From contig MEOQ01000045.1 in assembly GCA_001769275.1 (NCBI GenBank), positions 129,821 through 193,820 of the forward strand: a DNA stretch of 64,000 nucleotides, read 5' to 3'. Positions 37,348 through 47,402 of this stretch are shown here, piece by piece (the first letter of the stretch is position 1; each line of letters starts with the position of its first letter). Both the position numbers and the translations under genes were made by a program. This DNA is from Bacteroidetes bacterium GWF2_43_63. Lineage in GTDB: Bacteria; Bacteroidota; Bacteroidia; Bacteroidales; DTU049. A model generated the notes under the pieces. It was not told the DNA's origin, did not search any database, and worked only from the letters and a program-made list of their open reading frames with translations.

Positions 37348-38766
37348 TTACAACATTGACCGGATCAGCAGGAACAGCCCGCCCGACATGACAATGGTAA
37401 CCGGGATGGTAATAACCCAGGTGAGCAGAATGTTGTAAATGGTTTTCATTTGCAGATTGTGCCAGCCGCCTTCATACACCATAGATCCTGCAATGCCGGA
37501 TGAGAGCACATGGGTTGTACTTACCGGCAAGCCAATGGTTGACGAAGACATGATGGTTGCGGTTGCTACTATTTGGGCGCTGGCGCCTTGTGCATAACTC
37601 ATCTGCGTTTTGCCGATTTTTTCACCAAGTGTTGTTACAATACGTTTCCAGCCAATCATAGTACCGAGCCCAAGTGAAATTGAAACCATCAGAATCACCC
37701 ACCAAGGTGCATATTCCGTGTAAGAGTCCATTTCCTTAATATCGTTTTTCAGCATTTTGCTTTCTTTATGATTCAACACAAGTGCATTGTTCTTAACGAC
37801 AGAAGGACTTTTTAGAAACTCATTCATTTTTTTCTTAATGGTAAGAATGTCTTTTCTTGCATTGAATCGGTCGAGCTTGTCTGATTGTTCAGGATTCTGT
37901 GCTATCAGTAAATTCCCTTTAAGATCAGAAATACAGGATGTCAGTGTAGTATATACAGGCAGATCGGCCACCAGGATTTTTGTAGTATCGGTTTTGCCAA
38001 TATAATACTCAATGTGATTTACATTACCGATCATATTGGATGGGTTTTTCGAAATATCGAGTGCGAAGTGTGCAGGCAGCAAGCTGATCAGAATAATCAT
38101 AATCAATCCAACTCCTTTCTGTCCATCATTGGAGCCATGCGAATAACTTACGGTGGTGCATGTCCCGATCAGCAGTAAACGCACCCAAAAAGGCGGCTTT
38201 TTCTCCGGATCGGCAGGTTTGAAAAACTTTTTCTTTCGGATGGTTCGTTTTAAAATGTGCATCAAAAGAATTGTAAGCCCAAAGCCGATTACCGGTGAAA
38301 TCAAAAGTGCGCTGAATGCTTCAATAACTTTTGTCCAGTTAAGCGCTGCACCACTTGAGTCTGAAATGAAAAGAAAGGCAAGACCAACGCCGAAAATACT
38401 TCCAATGAGTGTGTGCGAGCTGGAGCAGGGAATACCGAAATACCAGGTGCCAAGGTTCCAGATGATGGCTGTCAGAATTAGCGAAGCAACCATCGCAACA
38501 TTATGACTGATGTTTTGGTCGAGCAGAATTTCGAGGGGCAGCAGATTAATAATACCAATTGCAACCGCAATTCCACCAAAATAAACGCCTAGAAAATTGA
38601 AGATTCCGGACCAGATTACTGCTACCCGGGGTTTCAGCGAACGTGTGTAAATGACCGTTGCAACTGCATTGGCCGTATCGTGAAATCCATTGATAAATTC
38701 AAACGCCATGGCTGCCAATATGCAACCAAACAACAGGATGGTCATCCCTAAATCAAGTCCGAACAT
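37348..38766 (-). CDS. Inorganic phosphate transporter, PiT (PHO4) family
   Basis: ..NGFHDTANAVATVI.. at the N-terminus and ..SHGSNDGQKG.. in the second half, with a long cytoplasmic loop between the halves. Confidence 0.9.
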   Translation of the reverse strand: MFGLDLGMTILLFGCILAAMAFEFINGFHDTANAVATVIYTRSLKPRVAVIWSGIFNFLGVYFGGIAVAIGIINLLPLEILLDQNISHNVAMVASLILTAIIWNLGTWYFGIPCSSSHTLIGSIFGVGLAFLFISDSSGAALNWTKVIEAFSALLISPVIGFGLTILLMHILKRTIRKKKFFKPADPEKKPPFWVRLLLIGTCTTVSYSHGSNDGQKGVGLIMIILISLLPAHFALDISKNPSNMIGNVNHIEYYIGKTDTTKILVADLPVYTTLTSCISDLKGNLLIAQNPEQSDKLDRFNARKDILTIKKKMNEFLKSPSVVKNNALVLNHKESKMLKNDIKEMDSYTEYAPWWVILMVSISLGLGTMIGWKRIVTTLGEKIGKTQMSYAQGASAQIVATATIMSSSTIGLPVSTTHVLSSGIAGSMVYEGGWHNLQMKTIYNILLTWVITIPVTIVMSGGLFLLIRSML

Positions 38767-38846
38767 TTTTTCTAATTTCCTGCAAATTTCCTGGAAATTC
38801 CAATATGAATTTAATGTTACGCATTAATAACCATTTGGTAACAATA

Positions 38847-38895
38847 AATTAATATTGACCCGGATCTGTCAGTTGATTCCGGGTCAATATTAATT
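38847..38895. terminator. Perfect 18-bp-stem hairpin between the two PiT genes
   Basis: aattaatattgacccgga (38847-38864), a 13 nt loop, then tccgggtcaatattaatt (38878-38895). It lies 14 nt downstream of the 38909 stop on the minus strand. Confidence 0.6.
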
Positions 38896-38908
38896 GAAAA
38901 ACAAGCTG

Positions 38909-41161
38909 CTAGATCAAGCGGTAATCAGTGTCGGCCGCCTGGCTTTTGGTTCTGATATCGAGTTCTGTCAATTCATTTACAAAGCGCGTGATATTCTGAA
39001 TTTCGGTGGTGATGTTGAAAAACAGCAGACTTGAGCGTGATGCATTTTCTTTGCGTTTCACCCGCTCGATCTGAGAACGCCGGACAATTTTGATTTTATC
39101 GCAAACGACATTGGCTATCTGATGCAGATCGTCGGCCAGGCCACGACCCGAATCTTCCATCACAATTTTCTTTGAGAAGTCGCATAACTGCTGCAGATCT
39201 TCGGACAAAGACTCGAAATCGCGCATTTGATTTTTGCCGAGATTTTTATGCTGATTATTGATGTGATTATACACAGGGTGCGTCAAATAACCAAGACTGA
39301 CTGAGATTTCACGGAGGATTTCAGCGTTTTTGAGATAGTATTCGCCATAGAGCACGTAATTGTCTCCCAGTGCTGAAATTGAGCTGTTGACGGTTGAGCT
39401 GAACAATTCTGTCCGCTTATTAATGTCTTTCACAATTTCATCAGCTTCTTTCAGCTTTTTCAGTTTTTCTTCTTCAAGGCCTTCACGGATTAAAGTGACG
39501 ACTTCAGGAATTTTCTCTATTACATACGAAACATTGGTTCTGCATAAGTCGAGAATTTCGCTTTCGCCGGTATTCTCATCAATGCGTAACATGTTTTCTT
39601 TTTCCTGATAATCCTTTTCGCGACGACGGTGAATAACTTTGCTGCGGACAAGAAAGAATATGGCAAATACGGACAGAAGAACGACTGAAACAATGCTGCC
39701 CAGATAGAGCACATAGGCAAGCAGTGCGGCAGAAAGGAAGGCCAGAAATGCTGTAATGAACCAACCGCCAATTACAGTGGTAACTCCGGAAACGCGATAC
39801 ACAGCGCTGTCGCGGTCCCAGGCGCGGTCAGCCAGTGATGTTCCCATGGCCACCATGAAAGTAACATAGGTTGTTGAAAGCGGGAGTTTGAGCGATGTTC
39901 CGAATGCAATGAGACTTGATCCGACGGTGAGATTTATTGCAGCGCGTACCATGTCAAATGCCGGTGCATCGGGACTGTTGCTCATTGGAGGAGCAGCAAA
40001 CCGTTTTTCGATCCAGCGATGGACAGCAGGAATGCGTACCAGTGTAAAGAAATTTCCGATTGAAACAGCCAGTTTTACAAGCGAACGAGCTACCGGATTG
40101 GTGTCGAAATTTTCAACACCTTCGTTCTGACGCGACAATCCAACCTCGGTGCGGATAACGGTTCGGGTTTTTTTATTGAGCCACAAAGTCAGCAACATGA
40201 TTAATCCAGCCCCCATCAGAAATCCAACCGGAACCTTGGCCGGAGTACTTAATGTCTCCATTGTCATTGTTGGATCTCCGGTTACAGAATAGGCCTGGTA
40301 GGCATCGAGACCAGCCAGTGATGGTCCGAGAAAGTTTACGAGGTCATTACCAGCAAATGCCATGGCGATTGCAAAAGTTCCATAAATCACAATGACCCGA
40401 AAAACATTTACTCTGAAAAGCAATTGCAACATCAACAGAATTACAGCGGCCCCTGCCATTACTGAAGTAAGCATCAATGCAAGGTGCTGGGCCACATATT
40501 CTTTCATGTCCTTATCGATGAAAGTGGCCGATTTCATTCCTTTGAAAAATATAAAATATGAAATAAGGGCGATTGCAATGCCACCGAAAATGGCTCCGCC
40601 GATTTTATATCTTGAGAAGTTGAAACTGAAAACAGTTCGCGCAATTTTTTGAATAAGCAATCCGAAAAAGAAAGCGATGGCAATGGATACAAAAATAGCA
40701 ATGATCATTGCAAAAGCTTTTTCTGTATTCATGTACATATCGAGATCGCCAATTGCCTGCCCATTTTCAACAAGTTTTGCCACTGAAAAAGTAAAGGAAG
40801 CACCCAGCAACGCCGCAACCAGAGAAACGGTTGTCGATGTTGGCAGTCCAAGCGTATTGAAGAAATCAATCAGCAGCACATCGTTGAGCATTACGGCCAG
40901 ATAAATCATAATGACTTCTTCGAACATAAAATATTGCGGATGAAACACCCCTGATCGCGCCACGTCCATCATGCCGCCGGCAAACAAGGCGCCAACAAAA
41001 ACACCCAGCGAAGCTATCACGAGCAACCACTTGAAAGTGAGACTACGGGAGCCGTACCCGGAGTTGAGAAAGTTTACTGCATCGTTGGCCACACCGACGG
41101 TGAGATCCATTATTGAGAGCAGAAAAAGTACGACCAATACACCTATAAAATAATATTCCAT
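38909..41161 (-). CDS. PiT-family phosphate transporter fused to a ~250 aa C-terminal cytoplasmic helical (PhoU-like, tentative) domain
   Basis: N-terminal ..GVANDAVNFLNS.. and a second-half ..FAGNDLVNFLG.. PiT signature pair. After the last TM (..FFLVRSKVIHRRRE) comes a long charged helical region. Confidence 0.8.
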   Translation of the reverse strand: MEYYFIGVLVVLFLLSIMDLTVGVANDAVNFLNSGYGSRSLTFKWLLVIASLGVFVGALFAGGMMDVARSGVFHPQYFMFEEVIMIYLAVMLNDVLLIDFFNTLGLPTSTTVSLVAALLGASFTFSVAKLVENGQAIGDLDMYMNTEKAFAMIIAIFVSIAIAFFFGLLIQKIARTVFSFNFSRYKIGGAIFGGIAIALISYFIFFKGMKSATFIDKDMKEYVAQHLALMLTSVMAGAAVILLMLQLLFRVNVFRVIVIYGTFAIAMAFAGNDLVNFLGPSLAGLDAYQAYSVTGDPTMTMETLSTPAKVPVGFLMGAGLIMLLTLWLNKKTRTVIRTEVGLSRQNEGVENFDTNPVARSLVKLAVSIGNFFTLVRIPAVHRWIEKRFAAPPMSNSPDAPAFDMVRAAINLTVGSSLIAFGTSLKLPLSTTYVTFMVAMGTSLADRAWDRDSAVYRVSGVTTVIGGWFITAFLAFLSAALLAYVLYLGSIVSVVLLSVFAIFFLVRSKVIHRRREKDYQEKENMLRIDENTGESEILDLCRTNVSYVIEKIPEVVTLIREGLEEEKLKKLKEADEIVKDINKRTELFSSTVNSSISALGDNYVLYGEYYLKNAEILREISVSLGYLTHPVYNHINNQHKNLGKNQMRDFESLSEDLQQLCDFSKKIVMEDSGRGLADDLHQIANVVCDKIKIVRRSQIERVKRKENASRSSLLFFNITTEIQNITRFVNELTELDIRTKSQAADTDYRLI

Positions 41162-41250
41162 TGTACGGAGTTTTTAATGATGCAAAAATAAAGGTACAAA
41201 AACAACTCTACATTAGCGCTATGTTAAGAAATTATTAGGTGGGATAGTAA

Positions 41251-41469
41251 GAGGATGTCTCAAAATTGAAAATCGTTACGATATTCCATCGTTCCGGCCG
41301 GTTCGAAATCCCTCGAAGGGTTCTGAACCCTTCGAGGGATAATATTCGGCCGGAATATGGAATCGTCGTAACAGCTTCAAAAACAACGATTCCATACCCT
41401 TTCGCTCCTACGTCGCTTTCGGACGATGGAATATTATTTTTGAAGAAGGCGATATTTTGAGACATCCTC
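41251..41469. repeat. Hairpin-rich element with perfect 16-bp terminal inverted repeats, copy A
   Basis: gaggatgtctcaaaat (41251-41266) pairs with attttgagacatcctc (41454-41469). Nested hairpins include ccctcgaaggg/cccttcgaggg, ccggccg/cggccgg, tatggaatcgt/acgattccata and acgatattccatcgt/acgatggaatat. Confidence 0.9.
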
Positions 41470-41551
41470 GTTGTTGCAGCAACAAAAAATGGGTTTAGCT
41501 TTTACACTAAACCCAATAGAGATTATTTAAACAGAAACAATGAACTCAGAC

Positions 41552-42376
41552 TTACATTCCTCTCAGGTTTTCTTTGCGGACGCTGTCTTTCTGCTCGTTG
41601 GTTTGTTTGAAATTGTATTTGAGCACTGCACTTTCCCAATCACCATACATTGGGTTTGGAAGAACGATAAAACGCTTTCCGAATTCCGATTTGTTTTCGT
41701 CGGTAACGGTAAAGCGATCATCAACCGTTTTGTTTTCAAAAATACCGCTAAAATCATTCATATTGTCGCCAATCAGCAACACAATATTATGAGTTGCCGA
41801 TACTTTGTCGCGACGCTCGTTTTTGCTACTGGTCTTGTCGCGCAGCAACAAATGTTCATCATCGATCATAGGGAAACCAAGTGCCCGCATATTTTTTATG
41901 GTAGCATCCTTTTCGGCAATTTTTCGATTGCTGACATAAAACACATCGACGCCTTTTGAAACAGCGTATTTCATAAATTCAACTGCACCGGGAATGGCCG
42001 TGGCAGATGCTTTGTCGATCCATTCACCCCAACGTTCAGGGTAACCGAAGTTTCCGAGAATATTCGCAGCTTCGTAGGGGCTATTGTCTACCATGGTTTC
42101 GTCAATATCTACAACAACAGCAAGTTTTTTAGGGCCTTTATAACTTTCAAGTGTTTGATCGATCGAAATCCGTGCAGTATTGAATGCCTGATAGCACATA
42201 GCGCGCATTTCTGCTGAAGTCTGATACCAGAGTACCGCCATCAGCATGTAGTCGTAATCAAAATTGTTTACATAAACCGTGTCGTGAACAATCACCGTTT
42301 TTTCAACAATACGCTCAGTCTGACATGCAGTCAGGGTGAGTAAGCCAACTAAAACAACAACGAACAGATTTTTCAT
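41552..42376 (-). CDS. Class C acid phosphatase / 5'-nucleotidase, lipoprotein e(P4) family
   Basis: Lipobox ..LLTLTAC, HAD motif I ..VVVDIDETMVDNSPY.. and motif ..LLIGDNMNDF.. Confidence 0.85.
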   Translation of the reverse strand: MKNLFVVVLVGLLTLTACQTERIVEKTVIVHDTVYVNNFDYDYMLMAVLWYQTSAEMRAMCYQAFNTARISIDQTLESYKGPKKLAVVVDIDETMVDNSPYEAANILGNFGYPERWGEWIDKASATAIPGAVEFMKYAVSKGVDVFYVSNRKIAEKDATIKNMRALGFPMIDDEHLLLRDKTSSKNERRDKVSATHNIVLLIGDNMNDFSGIFENKTVDDRFTVTDENKSEFGKRFIVLPNPMYGDWESAVLKYNFKQTNEQKDSVRKENLRGM

Positions 42377-42391
42377 GGGTTTTTGTTTTGA

Positions 42392-42418
42392 TGAAAAAGG
42401 CCGGACAAAGCCGGCCCT
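42392..42418 (-). terminator. Rho-independent terminator downstream of nifJ
   Basis: The minus strand reads gggccgg-ctttgt-ccggcc followed by tttttc, 21 nt after the stop at 42439. Confidence 0.65.
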
Positions 42419-42438
42419 TAAAGAATTGGGTTGAATAA

Positions 42439-45400
42439 TTAATCAGCAAGTTTTTTATACTTGTTGTAACGCCATTTTGCATTGTCTTCGCAAGCGGCAA
42501 ACAGTACCTTTGCTTCATCGGGAAATGCCTGTTCAAGTGAAGTAAAACGCACTTCGCTTTTCAGGAACTCCTGGAATTTGCTCCAGTCCGGTTCTTTTGA
42601 ATCGAGAATAAATGGATTCTTTCCTTCGGTTTCGAGCTGCGGATTGAAACGATAGTTTTGCCAGTAGCCCGATTCCACTGCATGTTTGCCCTGTGCCTGG
42701 GTTTTGCCCATGCCGGCACGCAAACCATGGTTGATGCAAGGCGAGTAAGCAATGATGAGTGATGGTCCCGGATAAGCTTCAGCTTCGCGGATGGCTTTCA
42801 GATACTGACTCTGGTCGGCACCCATTGAAACCTGGGCAACATACACATAACCGTATGACATGGCCATCATGCCGAGATCTTTCTTGCGGGTTTTCTTTCC
42901 CGAAGCAGCAAACTTGGCAACAGCACCAGTTGGTGATGATTTCGAAGCCTGACCGCCGGTATTTGAATACACTTCAGTGTCAAGAACAAGAACGTTGATG
43001 TCTTCGCCGCTGGCAAGTACATGGTCGAGTCCGCCGTAGCCGATATCGTATGCCCAGCCGTCGCCGCCAAATACCCAAAATGATTTTTTAATCAGGTATT
43101 GTTTTTTGTCAACGATTTCTTTTGCAATTTCTGAATTGTCTTTTTCAGCAATAGCCACAAGTTTTGCAGATGCTGCTTCAGATGCTTCAGCGTTGTTCAT
43201 GCCGGCAATCCATTCCTCACAAGCAGTTTTCAAATCACCGCTTAATCCGGCAGCAATGGCTTCCTGCATTTTCATTGAAAGGAAATCGCGCATTTTATTC
43301 ACACCGGTGGCAATACCTAAACCGTATTCTGCATTGTCTTCGAACAGTGAGTTGGCCCAGGCAACACCTTTACCACTCTTATTGTTGATGGTGTATGGAG
43401 TTGAAGGAGCAGAGCCGCCATAGATTGATGAACAACCTGTCGCATTGGCAACAATCATTCGCTCACCATAGAGCTGTGTGATGGCCTTGATATACGGAGT
43501 TTCACCGCAACCAGCACATGCGCCGGAGAATTCAAATAATGGCTGTGCAAACTGGCTGTTTTTAACCGATTTACTCTTCTCGAGCACGGTGTCTTTATAG
43601 CCAACTTTTTCGTCCATATAAGTCCAGCGTTCTTTTTCAGCAAGCTGGGTTTCGAGTGGTTTCATTACCAGTGCCTTTGTTTTGGCAGGACACACATCGG
43701 CGCAGTTGCCGCAACCGGTGCAATCCATCGGGCTTACCTGAATACGGAAATTGTATTCCTTGGTTGCTGCAAGACCTTTTAAAGTAGTGGTTCCGGCAGG
43801 AGCTTTGGCAGTTTCTTCTTCGGTGAGGAGGAAAGGACGAATGGCAGCGTGAGGGCAAACGTATGCACACTGGTTGCACTGGATGCAGTTTTCCGATTGC
43901 CATTCAGGTATGGTAACAGCAATACCACGTTTTTCATATTTCGTGGTTCCGTATGGGAATGTGCCATCTTCACGTCCAACAAAAGTCGAAACTTTCAGAT
44001 CGTCGCCGCTCTGACGGTTGATCACGTCGGCTACATTGCGGATAAAATCAGGATGTGTTTCATCGTCGAATGCAGCTTTGCCTTCCAGGTTTTTCCATTC
44101 AGCCGGGATGGCTACTTCGGTAAGTTCACCACCGCGGTCTACTGCTGCGCAGTTCATCTTCACTATTTCTTCGCCTTTGCGGCCGAACGATTTGTCAATG
44201 AATTTTTTCATTTCTTTCACTGCCAGATCGTAAGGAATTACGCCTGAAATTTTGAAGAAAGAAGCCTGCATGATTGTGTTGGTGCGGTTTCCCAGACCAA
44301 TTTCATCGGCAATTTTAGTAGCGTTGATGGTGTAGAATTTAATCTCATTCACCGCCATGTACTTCTTCATATCATCGGGCAGGTGATTTTTTGTTTCTTC
44401 AACATCCCAGATGGAGTTGAGGAGGAAAACGCCACCTTTTTTCAGACCTTTTAGCATGTCGTAGCGGCCCAGATAAGCCGGAACGTGACAAGCAACAAAG
44501 TCAGGTGTGTTTACGAGATACGGCGAGCGGATGGGAACATCACCGAAACGAAGGTGTGATGCGGTAAATCCACCAGATTTTTTTGAATCGTATGCAAAAT
44601 AACCCTGGCAATATTTGTTGGTGGTTTCACCAATAATTTTGATGGAGTTTTTGTTTGCACCAACAGTACCATCGGAGCCGAGACCGTAGAATTTTGCCTG
44701 GAAAATGCTGGGATCTGAAATATTGATTTCGGCAATCAGTGGCAGTGATTTGAAAGTAACATCATCAACGATGCCAATGGTGAAGCCGTTTTTCGGCTCA
44801 TTGTTTTTCAGGTTGTCATACACGGCAATGATCTGAGCAGGCGTAGTGTCTTTTGAAGACAGACCATAACGGCCACCAACTACGAGCGGAGCATTGGGTT
44901 TGTTGTAAAACAGATTTTTGATATCGAGATACAAAGGTTCGCCTTCGCTGCCCGGTTCTTTTGTGCGGTCGAGAACAGCAATTCGTTTCACTGATTTCGG
45001 GAACACATTCATGAAATATTTTTCGCTGAATGGACGGTAGAGGTGACAGGTGAGAAGACCAACTTTTTCGCCTTTGGCATTGAGATAATCAATGGTTTCG
45101 CGAATGGTTTCGGTAACAGAACCCATGGCAATGATGATGTTTTCAGCATCAGCGGCACCGTAATAAGTGAATGGGTGATATTCGCGACCAGTAAGTTTGT
45201 TCAGCTCAACCATGTATTCTTCCACGATGTCGGCAACCTTGTCGTAGAAAGGGTTTGCTGCTTCGCGTGATTGGAAATAAATATCAGGATTCTGTGCAGT
45301 ACCGCGGGTAACAGGATGTTCCGGATTCAGCGCTGCGTGACGGAAGCTGGTGAGTGCCTTCATGTCGACAAGCTGCTTCACATCTTCGTTCTCAAGATAT

Positions 45401-45954
45401 TCCACTTTCTGAATTTCGTGTGATGTACGGAAACCATCAAAGAAATGCAGGAAAGGAATGCGTGAACGGATAGAGGCCAAATGCGCTACCGGAGCGATGT
45501 CCATGATTTCCTGAACACTTCCGGTGGCCAGCATGGCAAATCCGGTCATACGGCAACTCATCACGTCGCTGTGGTCTCCAAAGATTGACAGAGCCTGAGC
45601 AGCAATGGCGCGGGCCGAAACGTGAAATACGCCTGGCAGAAGTTCGCCAGACATTTTATACATATTCGGAATCATCAGGAGAAGGCCCTGTGAAGCCGTA
45701 TAAGTCGATGTGAGTGAGCCACTCTGTAGTGAGCCGTGCATGGCGCCGGCAGCACCAGCTTCGCTCTGCATTTCGACAACTTTCACGGTGTCGCCGAAAA
45801 TATTTTTACGTCCGTTTGCCGACCACTCGTCCACATACTCGGCCATCGTACTCGATGGAGTGATGGGATAAATGGCTGCTACTTCGCTGAACATGTACGA
45901 TACATGTGCCGCAGCGTAGTTGCCGTCACATGTAATGAACTTTTTGTTTTTCAT
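42439..45954 (-). CDS. nifJ: Pyruvate:ferredoxin (flavodoxin) oxidoreductase
   Basis: 1171 aa with two 4Fe-4S motifs (CIQCNQCAYVCPH, CTGCGNCADVCP) and a C-terminal TPP-binding region ..GGDGWAYDIGYGGLDHV.. Confidence 0.95.
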   Translation of the reverse strand: MKNKKFITCDGNYAAAHVSYMFSEVAAIYPITPSSTMAEYVDEWSANGRKNIFGDTVKVVEMQSEAGAAGAMHGSLQSGSLTSTYTASQGLLLMIPNMYKMSGELLPGVFHVSARAIAAQALSIFGDHSDVMSCRMTGFAMLATGSVQEIMDIAPVAHLASIRSRIPFLHFFDGFRTSHEIQKVEYLENEDVKQLVDMKALTSFRHAALNPEHPVTRGTAQNPDIYFQSREAANPFYDKVADIVEEYMVELNKLTGREYHPFTYYGAADAENIIIAMGSVTETIRETIDYLNAKGEKVGLLTCHLYRPFSEKYFMNVFPKSVKRIAVLDRTKEPGSEGEPLYLDIKNLFYNKPNAPLVVGGRYGLSSKDTTPAQIIAVYDNLKNNEPKNGFTIGIVDDVTFKSLPLIAEINISDPSIFQAKFYGLGSDGTVGANKNSIKIIGETTNKYCQGYFAYDSKKSGGFTASHLRFGDVPIRSPYLVNTPDFVACHVPAYLGRYDMLKGLKKGGVFLLNSIWDVEETKNHLPDDMKKYMAVNEIKFYTINATKIADEIGLGNRTNTIMQASFFKISGVIPYDLAVKEMKKFIDKSFGRKGEEIVKMNCAAVDRGGELTEVAIPAEWKNLEGKAAFDDETHPDFIRNVADVINRQSGDDLKVSTFVGREDGTFPYGTTKYEKRGIAVTIPEWQSENCIQCNQCAYVCPHAAIRPFLLTEEETAKAPAGTTTLKGLAATKEYNFRIQVSPMDCTGCGNCADVCPAKTKALVMKPLETQLAEKERWTYMDEKVGYKDTVLEKSKSVKNSQFAQPLFEFSGACAGCGETPYIKAITQLYGERMIVANATGCSSIYGGSAPSTPYTINNKSGKGVAWANSLFEDNAEYGLGIATGVNKMRDFLSMKMQEAIAAGLSGDLKTACEEWIAGMNNAEASEAASAKLVAIAEKDNSEIAKEIVDKKQYLIKKSFWVFGGDGWAYDIGYGGLDHVLASGEDINVLVLDTEVYSNTGGQASKSSPTGAVAKFAASGKKTRKKDLGMMAMSYGYVYVAQVSMGADQSQYLKAIREAEAYPGPSLIIAYSPCINHGLRAGMGKTQAQGKHAVESGYWQNYRFNPQLETEGKNPFILDSKEPDWSKFQEFLKSEVRFTSLEQAFPDEAKVLFAACEDNAKWRYNKYKKLAD

Positions 45955-46183
45955 GTTTTATCTGAATTTCTGATTATTAGTTTTTGGAGTTGCGAAATTA
46001 ATCATATTTTATTTCTTTTAAGGTGTTTTAAGTGGGTTTTGTGGAAATTTAACCCCGTTGAAATTTGACCGGTAAATAATTATGTATTAATATTTTGTCA
46101 GTTAATGCCTGAAATTTGCAGATTCGCAAAATAAAACCGAAAAGAGCTCGTTAATATTTCGCAAAACCAATAATAATATATCA

Positions 46184-47062
46184 ATGAAAAACCTGATTTT
46201 TTCAGCTTTAATGATGTTCGCTCTGACATCAGTCTTCGCACAGTCCGATTCAAAGCCGAGGATTCGAATTTCAGACATCATGGTTCAGGGCGGGATGCAG
46301 AACTTCAATAATTTCAGTCTCGATCAATCTGACTTTATCAAGCTTGCTCCCGGAGATCCTTTTTTGTTGACCGATTTCAGTGATTATACAAAATCGCGCT
46401 CAACGGGTGCCAGTAGCGGATTGTTTGCTGTTACAATCGGTTTGAAGTTTCTTGATACAGAACATGATTCATATAGGGCCAATCCGGTACTTCGCCTCGG
46501 AATCTTCAATGCCCGTACTTCACCTGACGGAATATTCTATTCAAAAGATGAGTATTTCAGATATGACACACTGACTTCGTCGGCAACTAATCAGCAATAT
46601 TTTGTCGATTCGGTTTCCACCTCCCATTACGAAATGCATTATTCGTCTGAACATCTTGGCTTGACTGCATCTGTGCAGTTTAGCACCAATCCTGAAAAGC
46701 GTGTTTCGCTTTATGCCGGAGCCGGCCTCATTGCTGCGTTTTCATTCAACAACACAACCGAGGTTGCCAATTATGAATATGGAAGCTTTGTATCTGATGA
46801 TATTTTTTATAATAGTTCCGGACATTATTCCAGCGATTATGATTATAAATCGATTTTCTACACCAATAAAACAACAACGCTGATGTCGTTCGGAGTCCCG
46901 CTGGGCTTCGATTTCAGAATGGGCAGATCGCATTATTTCTGGAATCAGATTCATCTGGTTTATGAAATCAGACCATCCGTTACAATGACAGATATTCCGG
47001 AATTAAAGACTTTCACCACAACAGGATTGTGCAGTACATTGGGTTTTAAAGTGGCGTGGTGA
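46184..47062 (+). CDS. Outer-membrane beta-barrel protein, unknown function
   Basis: Signal peptide ..LTSVFAQ, amphipathic strands, C-terminal ..LGFKVAW. Confidence 0.65.
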   Translation: MKNLIFSALMMFALTSVFAQSDSKPRIRISDIMVQGGMQNFNNFSLDQSDFIKLAPGDPFLLTDFSDYTKSRSTGASSGLFAVTIGLKFLDTEHDSYRANPVLRLGIFNARTSPDGIFYSKDEYFRYDTLTSSATNQQYFVDSVSTSHYEMHYSSEHLGLTASVQFSTNPEKRVSLYAGAGLIAAFSFNNTTEVANYEYGSFVSDDIFYNSSGHYSSDYDYKSIFYTNKTTTLMSFGVPLGFDFRMGRSHYFWNQIHLVYEIRPSVTMTDIPELKTFTTTGLCSTLGFKVAW

Positions 47063-47085
47063 TTTTCTGGTTTTTTTGCGAACAT

Positions 47086-47116
47086 CCTTGCCTGGATTTT
47101 TCAGGCGGGGTTTTTT
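47086..47116 (+). terminator. Rho-independent terminator candidate
   Basis: ccttgcctg-gattttt-caggcgggg (two G-U pairs) followed by tttttt. Confidence 0.55.
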
Positions 47117-47146
47117 GAATCCTTCAGGTTATACATGCAACTCTTC

Positions 47147-47316
47147 CCACAACGCAGAGAGCTTGCTTCGCAAGGCACTCAGGTTGTGGGAGGGTTTTGA
47201 AGCCAACCTCTCCACCGTAGAATAGCGTCGCATTGTGCGACCTGGGTGCGCTGGACTGAAACTCAAATGTTGTCCACAATGCAGAGAGCTCGCTACGCGA
47301 GGCACTCAGGTTGCGG
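47147..47316. repeat. Direct repeat of a ~43-bp module (CCACAAYGCAGAGAGCTYGCT.CGCRAGGCACTCAGGTTG)
   Basis: Copies lie at 47147-47189 and 47274-47316, with a third at 53646-53687. Each contains a short ctcgc/gcgag-type hairpin. Confidence 0.85.
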
Positions 47317-47373
47317 AAGGGCATTGAAGTCTTTTCCTATAGTCAGCAAACAAATCCAATTTTTGAATAAATG

Positions 47374-47381
47374 TATATTTG
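47374..47381 (+). promoter_or_regulatory. Candidate -7 box (TAtaTTTG) for the channel gene
   Basis: tatatttg lies 22 nt upstream of ATG 47403. Confidence 0.45.
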
Positions 47382-47402
47382 TGAAAAATAATTTGGATAG
47401 TT

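Noticed and set aside
41300-41350. tRNA-like T-arm (ggttcgaaatcc) inside the structured element.
   Set aside because: It has one extra base relative to the GGTTCGAATCC consensus. I could not draw an acceptor stem, D-arm or anticodon arm, and the sequence is part of a symmetric hairpin.
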